Shown piece by piece: positions 9,018-17,302 of a DNA stretch of 32,000 nucleotides. Every line of letters starts with the position of its first letter. Within the stretch, counting starts at the first letter, position 1. A program made the translations under genes and the position numbers. The stretch spans positions 3,210,001 to 3,242,000 of the forward strand of contig NZ_LN831024.1 in NCBI RefSeq assembly GCF_001457615.1, written 5' to 3'. This DNA is from Pseudomonas aeruginosa. GTDB lineage: Bacteria > Pseudomonadota > Gammaproteobacteria > Pseudomonadales > Pseudomonadaceae. The notes under the pieces were generated by a model. That model searched no databases and was not told the DNA's origin. It saw only the letters and a program-made list of their open reading frames with translations.

Positions 9018-9527
9018 TCACAGGATGATGCTGATGCGCCGCTGGGCGCTGATGGTCTCGTGGTCCAGGCGGATCTCCCGCGAGACGATGCGCAAGCCCT
9101 CGGGGCCGTCGCGCAGGACATGACTGGCTTCGCCGACGAAGCTCCAGGCCTCGCGGTTGCGGAACTGATGGACGACGAAGTTGCTGCGGCTGCTGACCAG
9201 TTCGCCCTCGACCCGCTTCAGCCGCACGTTGCCCACCAGGCGGCGGGTGCGCGAGCGCGGCTGCTCCATCCAGGTATGCCCGCCGAGGATGCTGTCGACC
9301 CGCTCGCGCAGGCGCACGTGGTCGTCGTCGATGATGTACAGGCTGTCCTCCGGCGCCTGGCCGGCCAGTTGCTCCTGCAAGGGCAGCACCCGGTAGCGTG
9401 CGGCGCGCTCGAACAGCGCGAACCAGGTATCCAGCAGGCGGTCGTCGAGCAGCTCGGCTTCGGCGACGAGGAAATCGCTGACCCGCGCCAGCAGGTCGCT
9501 GTCGGGACGGGACAAGGCAAGGCTCAT
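9018..9527 (-). CDS. Aromatic-ring-hydroxylating oxygenase beta (small) subunit (169 aa)
   Basis: Track ORF 9018..9527. Size and pattern fit NTF2-like beta subunits (VSDFLVAEAELLDDRLLDTWFALF...RRLVGNVRL...SSRSNFVVHQFR). GGAGG lies upstream of the ATG at 9527. Confidence 0.8.
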   Translation of the reverse strand: MSLALSRPDSDLLARVSDFLVAEAELLDDRLLDTWFALFERAARYRVLPLQEQLAGQAPEDSLYIIDDDHVRLRERVDSILGGHTWMEQPRSRTRRLVGNVRLKRVEGELVSSRSNFVVHQFRNREAWSFVGEASHVLRDGPEGLRIVSREIRLDHETISAQRRISIIL

Positions 9528-9554
9528 GAGTATCCTCCGGGAAGAAAGTGCCGC

Positions 9555-11387
9555 TCAGAGGCTGATGTCGACCCCATGGCGGGTCAGCCAGCGGTCCAGG
9601 TTCAGCAGGTAGGCCAGGCCGGCGGTCGGGCTCGCCGAGGCACGCGGGCTGGGCAGCGGCGTGCCCTGTTCGAGAGCCTGGCGGACCCGCCCGGCGTCCA
9701 CCAGTTCGAACAGCGGCGAGCGGCCGTCGTCGAGCAGGCGGCCGACCCGCTCGCGCAGCAGCGCCAGGTAACGTGGGTCGGGGTTGGCCGGGAAACCGCT
9801 CTTGCGCCGCTCCAGGATCGCCTGCGGCAGGTGCCCGCGCAGGGCCCGGCGCAGCAGGCTCTTGCTTTCCCCGGCGACGCTCTTCAGCGCCCAGGGCAGG
9901 TTCCATACGTACTCCACCAGGCGGTGGTCGCAGAACGGCACGCGCACTTCCAGGCCGACCGCCATGCTCATCCGGTCCTTGCGTTCGAGCATCGCCGGCA
10001 GCCAGCGGCTCAGCGCCAGGTAGGCGACCTCGCGCTGGCGTCGCTGGGCGGCATCCTCGCCATCCAGCCGCGGCACTTCGGCGAGGGCCTCGCGGTAGCG
10101 CGCCCGGATGTATTCCGGCGCCGCCACCCGTTCGGCGACCTCCCGCCGCAGCAGTTGCCAGGGCCCGCTCTTGCCGGCCAGCCAGGGGAAGCCGTCGTGT
10201 GCGAGGGCGCTCGGGTCGTGGAAGAACGGGTAGCCGCCGAACACCTCGTCGGCCGACTCGCCCGACAGTGCCACCGTGGTGTGCTCGCGGACCTGGCGGA
10301 ACAGCAGGTAGAGCGAGGCGTCCAGCTCGCCCCAGCCGGGCAGGTCGCGGGCCTGGAGCACCGCCTCGTCCTGTTCCAGCACCTCTTCCGGGGCGACCAG
10401 CACGGTACGGTGCGGCGTACCGAGGAAGTTCGCCGCCAGCTGCGCATAGGGTTCGTCCCAGCTGCTTTGCCAGGGCGTCGGGACGAAGCCGCGGCCTTCG
10501 CCGGGGAAGTCCACGGAGAAGGTCGGCAGGCGCCGCGCGTCGCCATCCAGCGCGGCCACCGCGAAGGCGCTGATGGCGCTGGAGTCGAGCCCACCGGAAA
10601 GCAGGCTGCCCAGCGGGACGTCGGCCACCAGTTGCTCGGCCACTGCCTCGCGGAGCAACTGGCCGGCGCGTTCGGCGCTGTCCTCGGCACCCTCTTCGTG
10701 ACGTTCCGCGCGCAGCGCCCAGTAGACCAACTCGCGCACACCATTGCGGTCGAAGCGCAGCGCCTGGCCCGGCCGGACCTGGCGCAGGCCCTTGTACAGG
10801 CCGTGGCCGGGAGTCGGCGCGGTGGTCAGGGCGAACAGCTCGGCGATGCCGCTGGCGTCGAGCACCGGGTTGGCCTCGGGGTTGGCGAAGATCGCCTTGG
10901 GTTCCGAGGCGAACAGCACGCCTCCGGCGGTCGGGTAGTAGTACAGCGGCTTGACCCCGAAGCGATCGCGCACCAGCCACAGGCTCTGCTCGCGCTCGTC
11001 CCACAGGGCGAAGCCGTAGATGCCGCGGAGCCGGGCGAAGGAAGCCTCGCCCCATTGCAGATAGGCGCGCAGCACCACTTCGGTGTCCGAGCGGGTGCGG
11101 AAGACCTGGCCCAGCGTCTCCAGCTCGGCGCGCAGCTCGCGGAAGTTGTAGACCTCGCCGCTGTAGGTCAGCGCCACCCGCCCGCCCGCCTCGGCAAGCA
11201 TCGGTTGAGCACCGTTCTCCAGGTCGATGATCGCCAGGCGCCGATGGCCGAGCAGCGCGTGCCGCGACAGCCACAGGCCTTCGGCGTCCGGCCCGCGCGG
11301 GGCCAGGGTACGGGTCATGCGTTCGAGGATGCTGCGCTGCTCGCCGAGGTCGCGGCTCCAGTCGGTCCAGCCGGTGATTCCACACAT
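9555..11387 (-). CDS. Asparagine synthetase B-like glutamine amidotransferase / adenylating enzyme (610 aa)
   Basis: Track ORF 9555..11387. The N-terminal Ntn nucleophile MCGITGW (class II GATase) is followed by HRGPD-like RGPDAEG. The PP-loop SLLSGGLDSSAISA marks the synthetase domain. Confidence 0.9.
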   Translation of the reverse strand: MCGITGWTDWSRDLGEQRSILERMTRTLAPRGPDAEGLWLSRHALLGHRRLAIIDLENGAQPMLAEAGGRVALTYSGEVYNFRELRAELETLGQVFRTRSDTEVVLRAYLQWGEASFARLRGIYGFALWDEREQSLWLVRDRFGVKPLYYYPTAGGVLFASEPKAIFANPEANPVLDASGIAELFALTTAPTPGHGLYKGLRQVRPGQALRFDRNGVRELVYWALRAERHEEGAEDSAERAGQLLREAVAEQLVADVPLGSLLSGGLDSSAISAFAVAALDGDARRLPTFSVDFPGEGRGFVPTPWQSSWDEPYAQLAANFLGTPHRTVLVAPEEVLEQDEAVLQARDLPGWGELDASLYLLFRQVREHTTVALSGESADEVFGGYPFFHDPSALAHDGFPWLAGKSGPWQLLRREVAERVAAPEYIRARYREALAEVPRLDGEDAAQRRQREVAYLALSRWLPAMLERKDRMSMAVGLEVRVPFCDHRLVEYVWNLPWALKSVAGESKSLLRRALRGHLPQAILERRKSGFPANPDPRYLALLRERVGRLLDDGRSPLFELVDAGRVRQALEQGTPLPSPRASASPTAGLAYLLNLDRWLTRHGVDISL

Positions 11388-11474
11388 GGATGACGTTCCT
11401 TGCAGTGACCCTTTATTCCCCGCGTAGCCAGGGCGGCGCGCAGGGATCTGCAGGGAGCGATGGTTGAAGACGGC

Positions 11475-12749
11475 TCAGACGGCCACGGCGAGACGCCGCA
11501 GGGCGGCGGGCTGCTGCCCGAGCCGGCGGCTCCATTCGCGCCAGAAGCCGCGGTTCTGTTCCTCGTCGACGTGGCGGCGGGTTGCCGGTCCCATGCCGCG
11601 GGAGAAATCGCTGTAGCCGAGGGCGGCGTGGGCGTAGGCGCGCTGACAGGATTCGAGGATCTCGACGTCGTCGGGGGTGCCGAAACCGCCCGGGCCGATG
11701 AACGAGATCAACCCATTGATCCGCGCCGCCCGCTCCTCGCGGGTCTCATCGGCGAAGCCGGCGCCCCATACGGTGACGCTGACCTCATCGGCGGCGGTCG
11801 GGAAGAACGAGCGGATGTTCAGGCCGAGGATGTCGTTGATCACCAGGTTGGGAAAGATGAACAGGCTTTTGTTGGTGTGGGCGATGTCCTCCGCCCGCGC
11901 CTGCCCGAAGCGTTCCACCAGGCGTTCGAACTTGGCGGCGATGGACGGCTTGAGCGCTTCCGGGAACAGCGGGCTCCAGTAGGCGATCGGCCGTCCGGTG
12001 GACGGCGGGCCGCTGATGATCAGTGCGTGGCCGTTGCCCAGCGCTTCGCCGCGGCCATGGCGCTTGTGCGACTCCGGATCGGTGCCGAGGCTATTCAGGT
12101 ATTCCAGGTAGCGCTTGTGGGCGAACGGCAGGTGGTAGGCGTCCACGCCGTTTTCCGCGAGCAGCTTCCAGTTGGCCTTGATCGAATGCTCGAAGCCGCC
12201 GGGAATGATCTCCAGTTCCGCCTCGGACTGGTCGCAGATCAGGTCGATATAGTCCTTCGCCTGGCCCAGGTAGGTTTCCAGGGACGCTTGCCGGGCGCCG
12301 TAGTGGATGAACAGGAAGTTGCGGTAGATCGCGTGTTTCACCCGTGTCAGGGACAGCTCCGGATGGCATTGCCCGGCGTGTTGGTAGGCGGCCTTGTCCG
12401 GCAGGCCGATCAGGCTGCCGTGGCTGTCGTAGGTCCAGCCATGGTAGGGACAGGTGAAACGCTGGCTGTTGCCCTGGCGCTCGGCGCAGACTTTGGCCCC
12501 ACGGTGCGCGCAGGCGTTCAGGTAGACCGCCGGCTCGCCATCGGCGCGACGCTGGATGATCAGGTTGCGCCCGCCGACGTCGCGGGTGATGAAGTCGCCG
12601 GGCTCGCGCAGCTCGCTGAGGTGGGCGGCATACAGCCAGCTGTCGTCGAATATCTCGTGCAGTTCGCGCCGGTGCAGTTCCGCGGAAACATAGGCCTGGC
12701 GCCTGACCCGGAAGTAACTTGCGTCGTCGGTCTCGATATATTCACTCAC
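11475..12749 (-). CDS. Rieske [2Fe-2S] non-haem-iron oxygenase alpha (large) subunit (424 aa)
   Basis: Track ORF 11475..12749 with a GTG start and GGAGG 7 nt upstream. The Rieske motif is CAHRGAKVC...CPYHGW. The catalytic iron motif is NWKLLAENGVDAYHLPFAH. Confidence 0.9.
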   Translation of the reverse strand: MSEYIETDDASYFRVRRQAYVSAELHRRELHEIFDDSWLYAAHLSELREPGDFITRDVGGRNLIIQRRADGEPAVYLNACAHRGAKVCAERQGNSQRFTCPYHGWTYDSHGSLIGLPDKAAYQHAGQCHPELSLTRVKHAIYRNFLFIHYGARQASLETYLGQAKDYIDLICDQSEAELEIIPGGFEHSIKANWKLLAENGVDAYHLPFAHKRYLEYLNSLGTDPESHKRHGRGEALGNGHALIISGPPSTGRPIAYWSPLFPEALKPSIAAKFERLVERFGQARAEDIAHTNKSLFIFPNLVINDILGLNIRSFFPTAADEVSVTVWGAGFADETREERAARINGLISFIGPGGFGTPDDVEILESCQRAYAHAALGYSDFSRGMGPATRRHVDEEQNRGFWREWSRRLGQQPAALRRLAVAV

Positions 12750-12875
12750 CGCCTAACCTCCGTGTAACGTTGACAACCCGGCAACGGGGACGGAGGAAAC
12801 CTAGCACGGGGAAAATCAATTCCGGCAGACTATTTATTCATTAGCTAATAACTCGTAACCCCATGAAAAAAGACA

Positions 12876-12887
12876 AAATAATTATTT
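12876..12887. promoter_or_regulatory. Perfect 12-bp palindrome AAATAATTATTT inside an AT-rich island upstream of the Rieske-led gene array
   Basis: Read directly from the sequence. It lies in the 201-bp gap (12750-12950) between the Rieske alpha start and the kynR stop. That gap is far more AT-rich than the rest of the window. Confidence 0.4.
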
Positions 12888-12950
12888 CCCTCGGCGACTG
12901 AAAATTCGTCCCTCTCATTGCACTCATGCTTTTATGAGGGGTCGCCCCGT

Positions 12951-13427
12951 TCAACTCTTCAGGTTCACCAGGTCGAGCAGGTCGGCACCGGCCTTGATCT
13001 CCTGCAGGACGATTTCCGAGCGGATGTCGGTGACGCCGGCGGCGCGGTTCAGTTTGTTCACGATGAAGTCCGAATAGTGCTTGAGGTTGCGCGCCCGGAC
13101 CCGTAGCACATAGTTGGTGGCGCCGGTCACCACATAGGCGGTGACCACCTCCGGCCAGTCCCGGACCCTGGCGATGAACGCCTCGTGCCAACCCTCGACG
13201 TCCTGGCGCAGCGACACATGGACGATGGCTTCCAGCTCCACGCCCAGTCGCTCGGCATCCAGTTCCACCGAGTAGCCGCGGATGATCCCCTCGCTTTCCA
13301 GCAGGCGCAGCCGGCGCAGGCAGGCGGATGGCGAGAGGGAGACCTTCTCCGCCAGGTCCTGGTTGCTCATCCGCCCGTCCTGCTGCAGGTGACGGAGAAT
13401 GCGCAGATCGATGGCGTCCAGGGACAT
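12951..13427 (-). CDS. kynR: Lrp/AsnC-family transcriptional regulator (158 aa); kynurenine-responsive KynR
   Basis: Track ORF 12951..13427. It has the N-terminal HTH LDAIDLRILRHLQQDGRMSNQDLAEKVSLSPSACLRRLRLLE and a C-terminal RAM-type domain. It is divergent from kynB-kynU, as in P. aeruginosa. Confidence 0.85.
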   Translation of the reverse strand: MSLDAIDLRILRHLQQDGRMSNQDLAEKVSLSPSACLRRLRLLESEGIIRGYSVELDAERLGVELEAIVHVSLRQDVEGWHEAFIARVRDWPEVVTAYVVTGATNYVLRVRARNLKHYSDFIVNKLNRAAGVTDIRSEIVLQEIKAGADLLDLVNLKS

Positions 13428-13559
13428 GTGCAGTTCCTATCAGAATGAATAGCTATCTTCGAATTTTGTGCGAACAGATTGCCATGCGACCTTGCATTTC
13501 GCACGAAAATTCTCCGAAATCTCGTTCATTATCATTCGCTGAATTTCCGGAGAAAAACA
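13428..13559. promoter_or_regulatory. Divergent kynR / kynBU control region
   Basis: A 132-bp AT-enriched gap between divergent starts. It contains the inverted repeat GTGCGAA (13468-13474) / TTCGCAC (13498-13504) and repeated CGAAA(A)T units. Confidence 0.5.
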
Positions 13560-14201
13560 ATGACTTCGCTCCGCTACTGGGACATCAGTCCCGCCCTCGA
13601 CCCGAGCACGCCGACCTGGCCCGGCGACACTCCGTTCCAGCAGGAATGGGCGGCGCGGCTGGACGAGCAGTGCCCGGTCAACGTCGGCCGGATCACCCTT
13701 TCGCCGCATACCGGCGCCCACGTCGACGGCCCCCTGCACTACCGCGCCGACGGCCTGCCCATCGGCCAGGTGCCGCTGGACGTCTACATGGGACCGTGCC
13801 GGGTGATCCACTGTATCGGCGCTAACCCGCTGGTGACCCCCGAACACCTCGCCGGCCAGCTCGACGACCTGCCCTCGCGGGTGCTGCTGCGGACCTTCGA
13901 ACGGGTCCCGGCGAACTGGCCGGAAGGCTTCTGCGCTATCGCTCCGGCCACCATCGAGTGCCTCGCCGAGCGCGGCGTCAGGCTGGTCGGCATCGACACC
14001 CCGTCGCTCGACCCCCAGCACTCCAAGACCCTCGACGCCCACCACGCGGTGGGCCGCCACGGCATGGCGATCCTCGAAGGCGTGGTCCTCGACGACGTGC
14101 CCGCCGGCGACTACGAACTGCTCGCCCTGCCGCTGAAATTCACCCACCTCGATGCCAGCCCGGTGCGTGCCGTGCTGCGCGCCCTGCCTACCGCGGAGTA
14201 A
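13560..14201 (+). CDS. kynB: Kynurenine formamidase (cyclase family, 213 aa)
   Basis: In-frame part of track ORF 13479..14201, starting at [11 protein letters not shown] (ATG 13560). It carries the metal-binding motif [13 protein letters not shown] and is followed 3 nt later by kynU. Confidence 0.9.
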   Translation: MTSLRYWDISPALDPSTPTWPGDTPFQQEWAARLDEQCPVNVGRITLSPHTGAHVDGPLHYRADGLPIGQVPLDVYMGPCRVIHCIGANPLVTPEHLAGQLDDLPSRVLLRTFERVPANWPEGFCAIAPATIECLAERGVRLVGIDTPSLDPQHSKTLDAHHAVGRHGMAILEGVVLDDVPAGDYELLALPLKFTHLDASPVRAVLRALPTAE

Positions 14202-14204
14202 CCG

Positions 14205-15455
14205 ATGACCACTCGTGACGACTGCCTGGCGCTCGACGCCGGCGATCCCCTGGCCGACCTGCGCCAACTGTTCGCCCTGCCCGACGGCGTGATCTACCTC
14301 GACGGCAACTCCCTCGGCGCCCGCCCCCGGGCCGCCGTGGAGCGCGCCGCCGAAGTGGTCGCCGCGGAATGGGGCGAGGGCCTCATCCGCAGCTGGAACA
14401 GCGCCGACTGGCGCGGCCTGCCGGAGCGCCTCGGCGACAAGCTGGCGCCCCTGATCGGCGCGCGCGCCGGCGAAGTGGTGATCACCGACACCACCTCGAT
14501 CAACCTGTTCAAGGTGCTCAGCGCCGCCCTGCGGATCCAGGAGGAAGAAGCGCCAGGGCGCAAGGTGATCGTTTCCGAATCGAGCAACTTCCCCACCGAC
14601 CTGTACATCGCCGAGGGCCTTACCGACATGCTCCAGCGCGGCTACCGGTTGCGCCTGGTGGATGGCCCGGAGCAACTGCCGGCGGCGATCGACGCGGATA
14701 CCGCGGTGGTGATGCTCAGCCATGTCAACTACAAGACCGGCTACCTGCACGACATGCGCGAGGTCACCCGCCTGGTCCACGAAAACGGCGCCCTGGCGAT
14801 CTGGGACCTGGCCCACTCGGCCGGCGCGCTGCCGCTGGACCTGCACGCGGCCGAGGCCGACTACGCCATCGGCTGCACCTACAAGTACCTCAACGGCGGC
14901 CCCGGCTCGCCGGCCTACGTGTGGGTCGCGCCGCGCCTGCGCGAGCGTGTCTGGCAACCGCTGTCCGGCTGGTTCGGTCATTCCCGCCAGTTCGCCATGG
15001 AGCCGCGCTACCAGCCCGGCGAAGGCATCACCCGGTTCCTCTGCGGCACCCAGCCGATCACCTCGCTGGCCCTGGTCGAATGCGGCCTGGATATCTTCGC
15101 CCGGACCGACATGCAGCGCCTGCGCGACAAGTCGCTGGCCCTCGCCGATCTGTTCATCGAATTGGTGGAAAGCCGTTGCGAACGCTTCGGCCTGACCCTG
15201 GTGACCCCGCGCGAGCATGCCCGGCGCGGCAGCCATGTCAGCTTCGAGCATGCCCAGGGCTACGCCATCGTCCAGGCCCTGATCGACCGCGGGGTAATCG
15301 GCGACTACCGCGAGCCGGGCATCCTGCGCTTCGGCTTCACCCCGCTGTACACCCGCTTCGTCGAGGTCTGGGATGCGGTGCAGGCGATGCTGGAAATCCT
15401 CCAGAGCGAAGCCTGGAAAGAGCCGCGCTACCAGGTCCGGCACAAGGTGACCTGA
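14205..15455 (+). CDS. kynU: Kynureninase, PLP-dependent (416 aa)
   Basis: Track ORF 14205..15455. It contains the PLP-lysine context [15 protein letters not shown], plus IYLDGNSLG and WDLAHSAG, which are typical of kynureninases. Confidence 0.92.
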   Translation: MTTRDDCLALDAGDPLADLRQLFALPDGVIYLDGNSLGARPRAAVERAAEVVAAEWGEGLIRSWNSADWRGLPERLGDKLAPLIGARAGEVVITDTTSINLFKVLSAALRIQEEEAPGRKVIVSESSNFPTDLYIAEGLTDMLQRGYRLRLVDGPEQLPAAIDADTAVVMLSHVNYKTGYLHDMREVTRLVHENGALAIWDLAHSAGALPLDLHAAEADYAIGCTYKYLNGGPGSPAYVWVAPRLRERVWQPLSGWFGHSRQFAMEPRYQPGEGITRFLCGTQPITSLALVECGLDIFARTDMQRLRDKSLALADLFIELVESRCERFGLTLVTPREHARRGSHVSFEHAQGYAIVQALIDRGVIGDYREPGILRFGFTPLYTRFVEVWDAVQAMLEILQSEAWKEPRYQVRHKVT

Positions 15456-15465
15456 GCCCCGCTCG

Positions 15466-15500
15466 CGCGGGCCGCGCCGGTATTCCCGGGGCGGCCCGCG
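15466..15500 (+). other. GC-rich stem-loop just after kynU, with no U-tract
   Basis: CGCGGGCCGC (15466-15475) pairs perfectly with GCGGCCCGCG (15491-15500). Four further inner pairs form across a G.G mismatch. The downstream sequence is AACACCC, not a T-run. Confidence 0.5.
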
Positions 15501-15610
15501 AACACCCACCGCTCTCGCGCACAGGAGCCCGCGACCGGCACCCGCACATCGCCACCGACGTTCCCTCGGCAATTCATAAGAACCCCAATAAGATTCCAGA
15601 GGACATCCAG

Positions 15611-17017
15611 ATGAACGACCCCCAGGGCTTCGAGGCCATCTCGCGCCGCGAACAGGGCCTGCAACGGCGGCTCTCGGCCGCGCAGATGAGCATGATCGCC
15701 ATCGGCGGCGCCATCGGCACCGGCCTGTTCATGGGCAGCGCCTTCGCCATCGGCTTCGCCGGTCCCAGCGTCCTGCTCAGCTACGCCATCGGCGCGCTGA
15801 TCACCCTGCTGCTGATGGGCTGCCTGGCGGAAATGACCGTGGCCCATGCCACCCCCGGCTCGTTCGGCGCCTTCGCCGAGCACTACGTCGGCCCGCTGGC
15901 CGGGTTCCTGGTGCGCTACGCCTACTGGGCGGCCATCGTCCTGGCGGTGGGCACCGAGGTCACGGCGGTGGCCATGTACATGAAGTACTGGTTCGCCGGT
16001 ATCCCGGAATGGGTCTGGATCATCTCCTTCTCGACCCTGCTGATCGGCCTGAACGCCAGCAGCGTGAAAGCCTTCGGCAACTTCGAATACTGCTTCTCGA
16101 CACTGAAGATCGCCGCCATCGTCGCCTTCATCCTGCTCGGCGCCTACCTGGTGTTCGGCTCCGCCAACCCGGCCTACGGCGTGCACAACTACAGCGCCCA
16201 CGGCGGCTTCTTCCCGCACGGCCTGAAAGGCATGTGGATCGCCGTGGTGGTGTCGATCTTCAGCTATCTCAGCGTGGAGATGATCGCGGTCGCCGCCGCC
16301 GAGGCCGAACATCCGGAACAGGCGGTGAGGTCGGCGTTCCGCTCGACCATCGTGCGCCTGGTGGTGTTCTACCTGCTGACCCTGGCGCTGATGCTCGCCA
16401 TCGTCCCCTGGGACCAGGCCGGGCAGAGCCAGAGCCCGTTCGTCACGGTGATGCAGGCGATCGGCCTGCCCGGCGCCACCGGGGTGATGAACTTCGTGGT
16501 GCTGGTGGCCGCGCTGTCGGCGATGAACAGCCAGCTCTACATCACCACCCGGATGATGTTCAGCCTGTCGCGCGCGGGGCACGCGCCGAAGGGCCTCGGC
16601 GAACTGAGCCGCCAGGGCGTGCCGCTGAACGCGCTGCTGCTGTCGAGCGTCGGTATCGCCCTGGCGACCCTGCTCAACCTGGTCTACCCCGAGCAGTCCT
16701 TCACCCTGATGATGGCGGTGTCGATGTTCGGCGCCCTCTTCACCTGGCTGATGATCTTCTTCACCCACCTCTGCTTCCGCCGCCACCGCGCCCGCCACGG
16801 CGGCGCGCCGCTGGCCTTCCGCATGCGCCTGGCGCCCTGGTCGACATTGCTCGGCCTGGCGCTGATGGCGGCGATCCTGGTCACCACCTTCTTCACCGAG
16901 GCGTTCCGCATGACCCTGGTCTTCGGCGTGCCGTTCCTCGCGCTGCTCAGCGCACTCTACCTGGTCTTCGTCCGCAAGCCCGGCAGGGATTGTCCGATAG
17001 AACGGGCAACGCCCTAG
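15611..17017 (+). CDS. APC-family amino-acid permease (468 aa)
   Basis: In-frame part of track ORF 14369..17017, starting at MNDPQGFEAISRREQGLQRRLSAAQMSMIAIGGAIGTGLFMGS (the AroP/LysP-type signature). The remainder is a 12-TM hydrophobic protein. The upstream 414 codons of the track ORF overlap kynU out of frame and are rejected. Confidence 0.9.
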   Translation: MNDPQGFEAISRREQGLQRRLSAAQMSMIAIGGAIGTGLFMGSAFAIGFAGPSVLLSYAIGALITLLLMGCLAEMTVAHATPGSFGAFAEHYVGPLAGFLVRYAYWAAIVLAVGTEVTAVAMYMKYWFAGIPEWVWIISFSTLLIGLNASSVKAFGNFEYCFSTLKIAAIVAFILLGAYLVFGSANPAYGVHNYSAHGGFFPHGLKGMWIAVVVSIFSYLSVEMIAVAAAEAEHPEQAVRSAFRSTIVRLVVFYLLTLALMLAIVPWDQAGQSQSPFVTVMQAIGLPGATGVMNFVVLVAALSAMNSQLYITTRMMFSLSRAGHAPKGLGELSRQGVPLNALLLSSVGIALATLLNLVYPEQSFTLMMAVSMFGALFTWLMIFFTHLCFRRHRARHGGAPLAFRMRLAPWSTLLGLALMAAILVTTFFTEAFRMTLVFGVPFLALLSALYLVFVRKPGRDCPIERATP

Positions 17018-17028
17018 GCGCTCTCCGC

Positions 17029-17051
17029 CCTGCGAACCTGGCGCGCAGGGC
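17029..17051 (+). terminator. Stem-loop after the permease gene (weak terminator candidate)
   Basis: CCCTGCG (17029-17035) pairs with CGCAGGG (17045-17051) across a 9-nt loop, 12 nt after the TAG. There is no clear T-run. Confidence 0.3.
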
Positions 17052-17302
17052 GAAGCCCGACCGGCGCGCCCTTTCCGGACCGGGCGGTTCCGTTTCCCAT
17101 ACCTTTTCCGTCGCACAAAAAGCATTACCCGCCGGCCGCCGCGACTCCGTAGCGTAGTGCCCAACCGGACGTTCCGGCCCGCGGCGCGCCGCGGCCGGCG
17201 CGCTCCCGTCAGGGACGAAGTGGCGGCACGCCCAGCCATCGAGCGCACTGCATCGCTCTGCCCTGTGGGGACGCAGACGTCGTCAGCCATGAGGGGAACA
17301 CG

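Noticed and set aside
9004-11393. 793-aa minus-strand and 795-aa plus-strand ORFs overlapping the AsnB-like gene
   Set aside because: They are alternative-frame or antisense shadows of the 610-aa gene, which has unmistakable GATase and PP-loop motifs. The shadow translations are R/P/A/G-rich with no motifs.
12863-12901. 12-codon mini-ORF MKKDKIIISLGD on the plus strand within the AT-rich island
   Set aside because: It has no ribosome-binding site and points away from the downstream operon. A short ORF in AT-rich DNA is expected by chance.
12790-12935. Fur box in the AT-rich island
   Set aside because: The AT-rich segments, including AAATAATTATTT, align poorly with the 19-bp GATAATGATAATCATTATC consensus when compared position by position. 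I report it only as an unassigned palindrome.
13440-15572. 710-aa minus-strand ORF opposite kynB-kynU
   Set aside because: It is antisense to two genes with clear catalytic motifs. Its composition is typical of GC-driven open frames.
14369-15610. N-terminal 414 codons of the 882-aa ORF 14369..17017
   Set aside because: They overlap kynU in another frame and translate to Arg/Pro/Gly-rich sequence. The permease signature begins only after the ATG at 15611.
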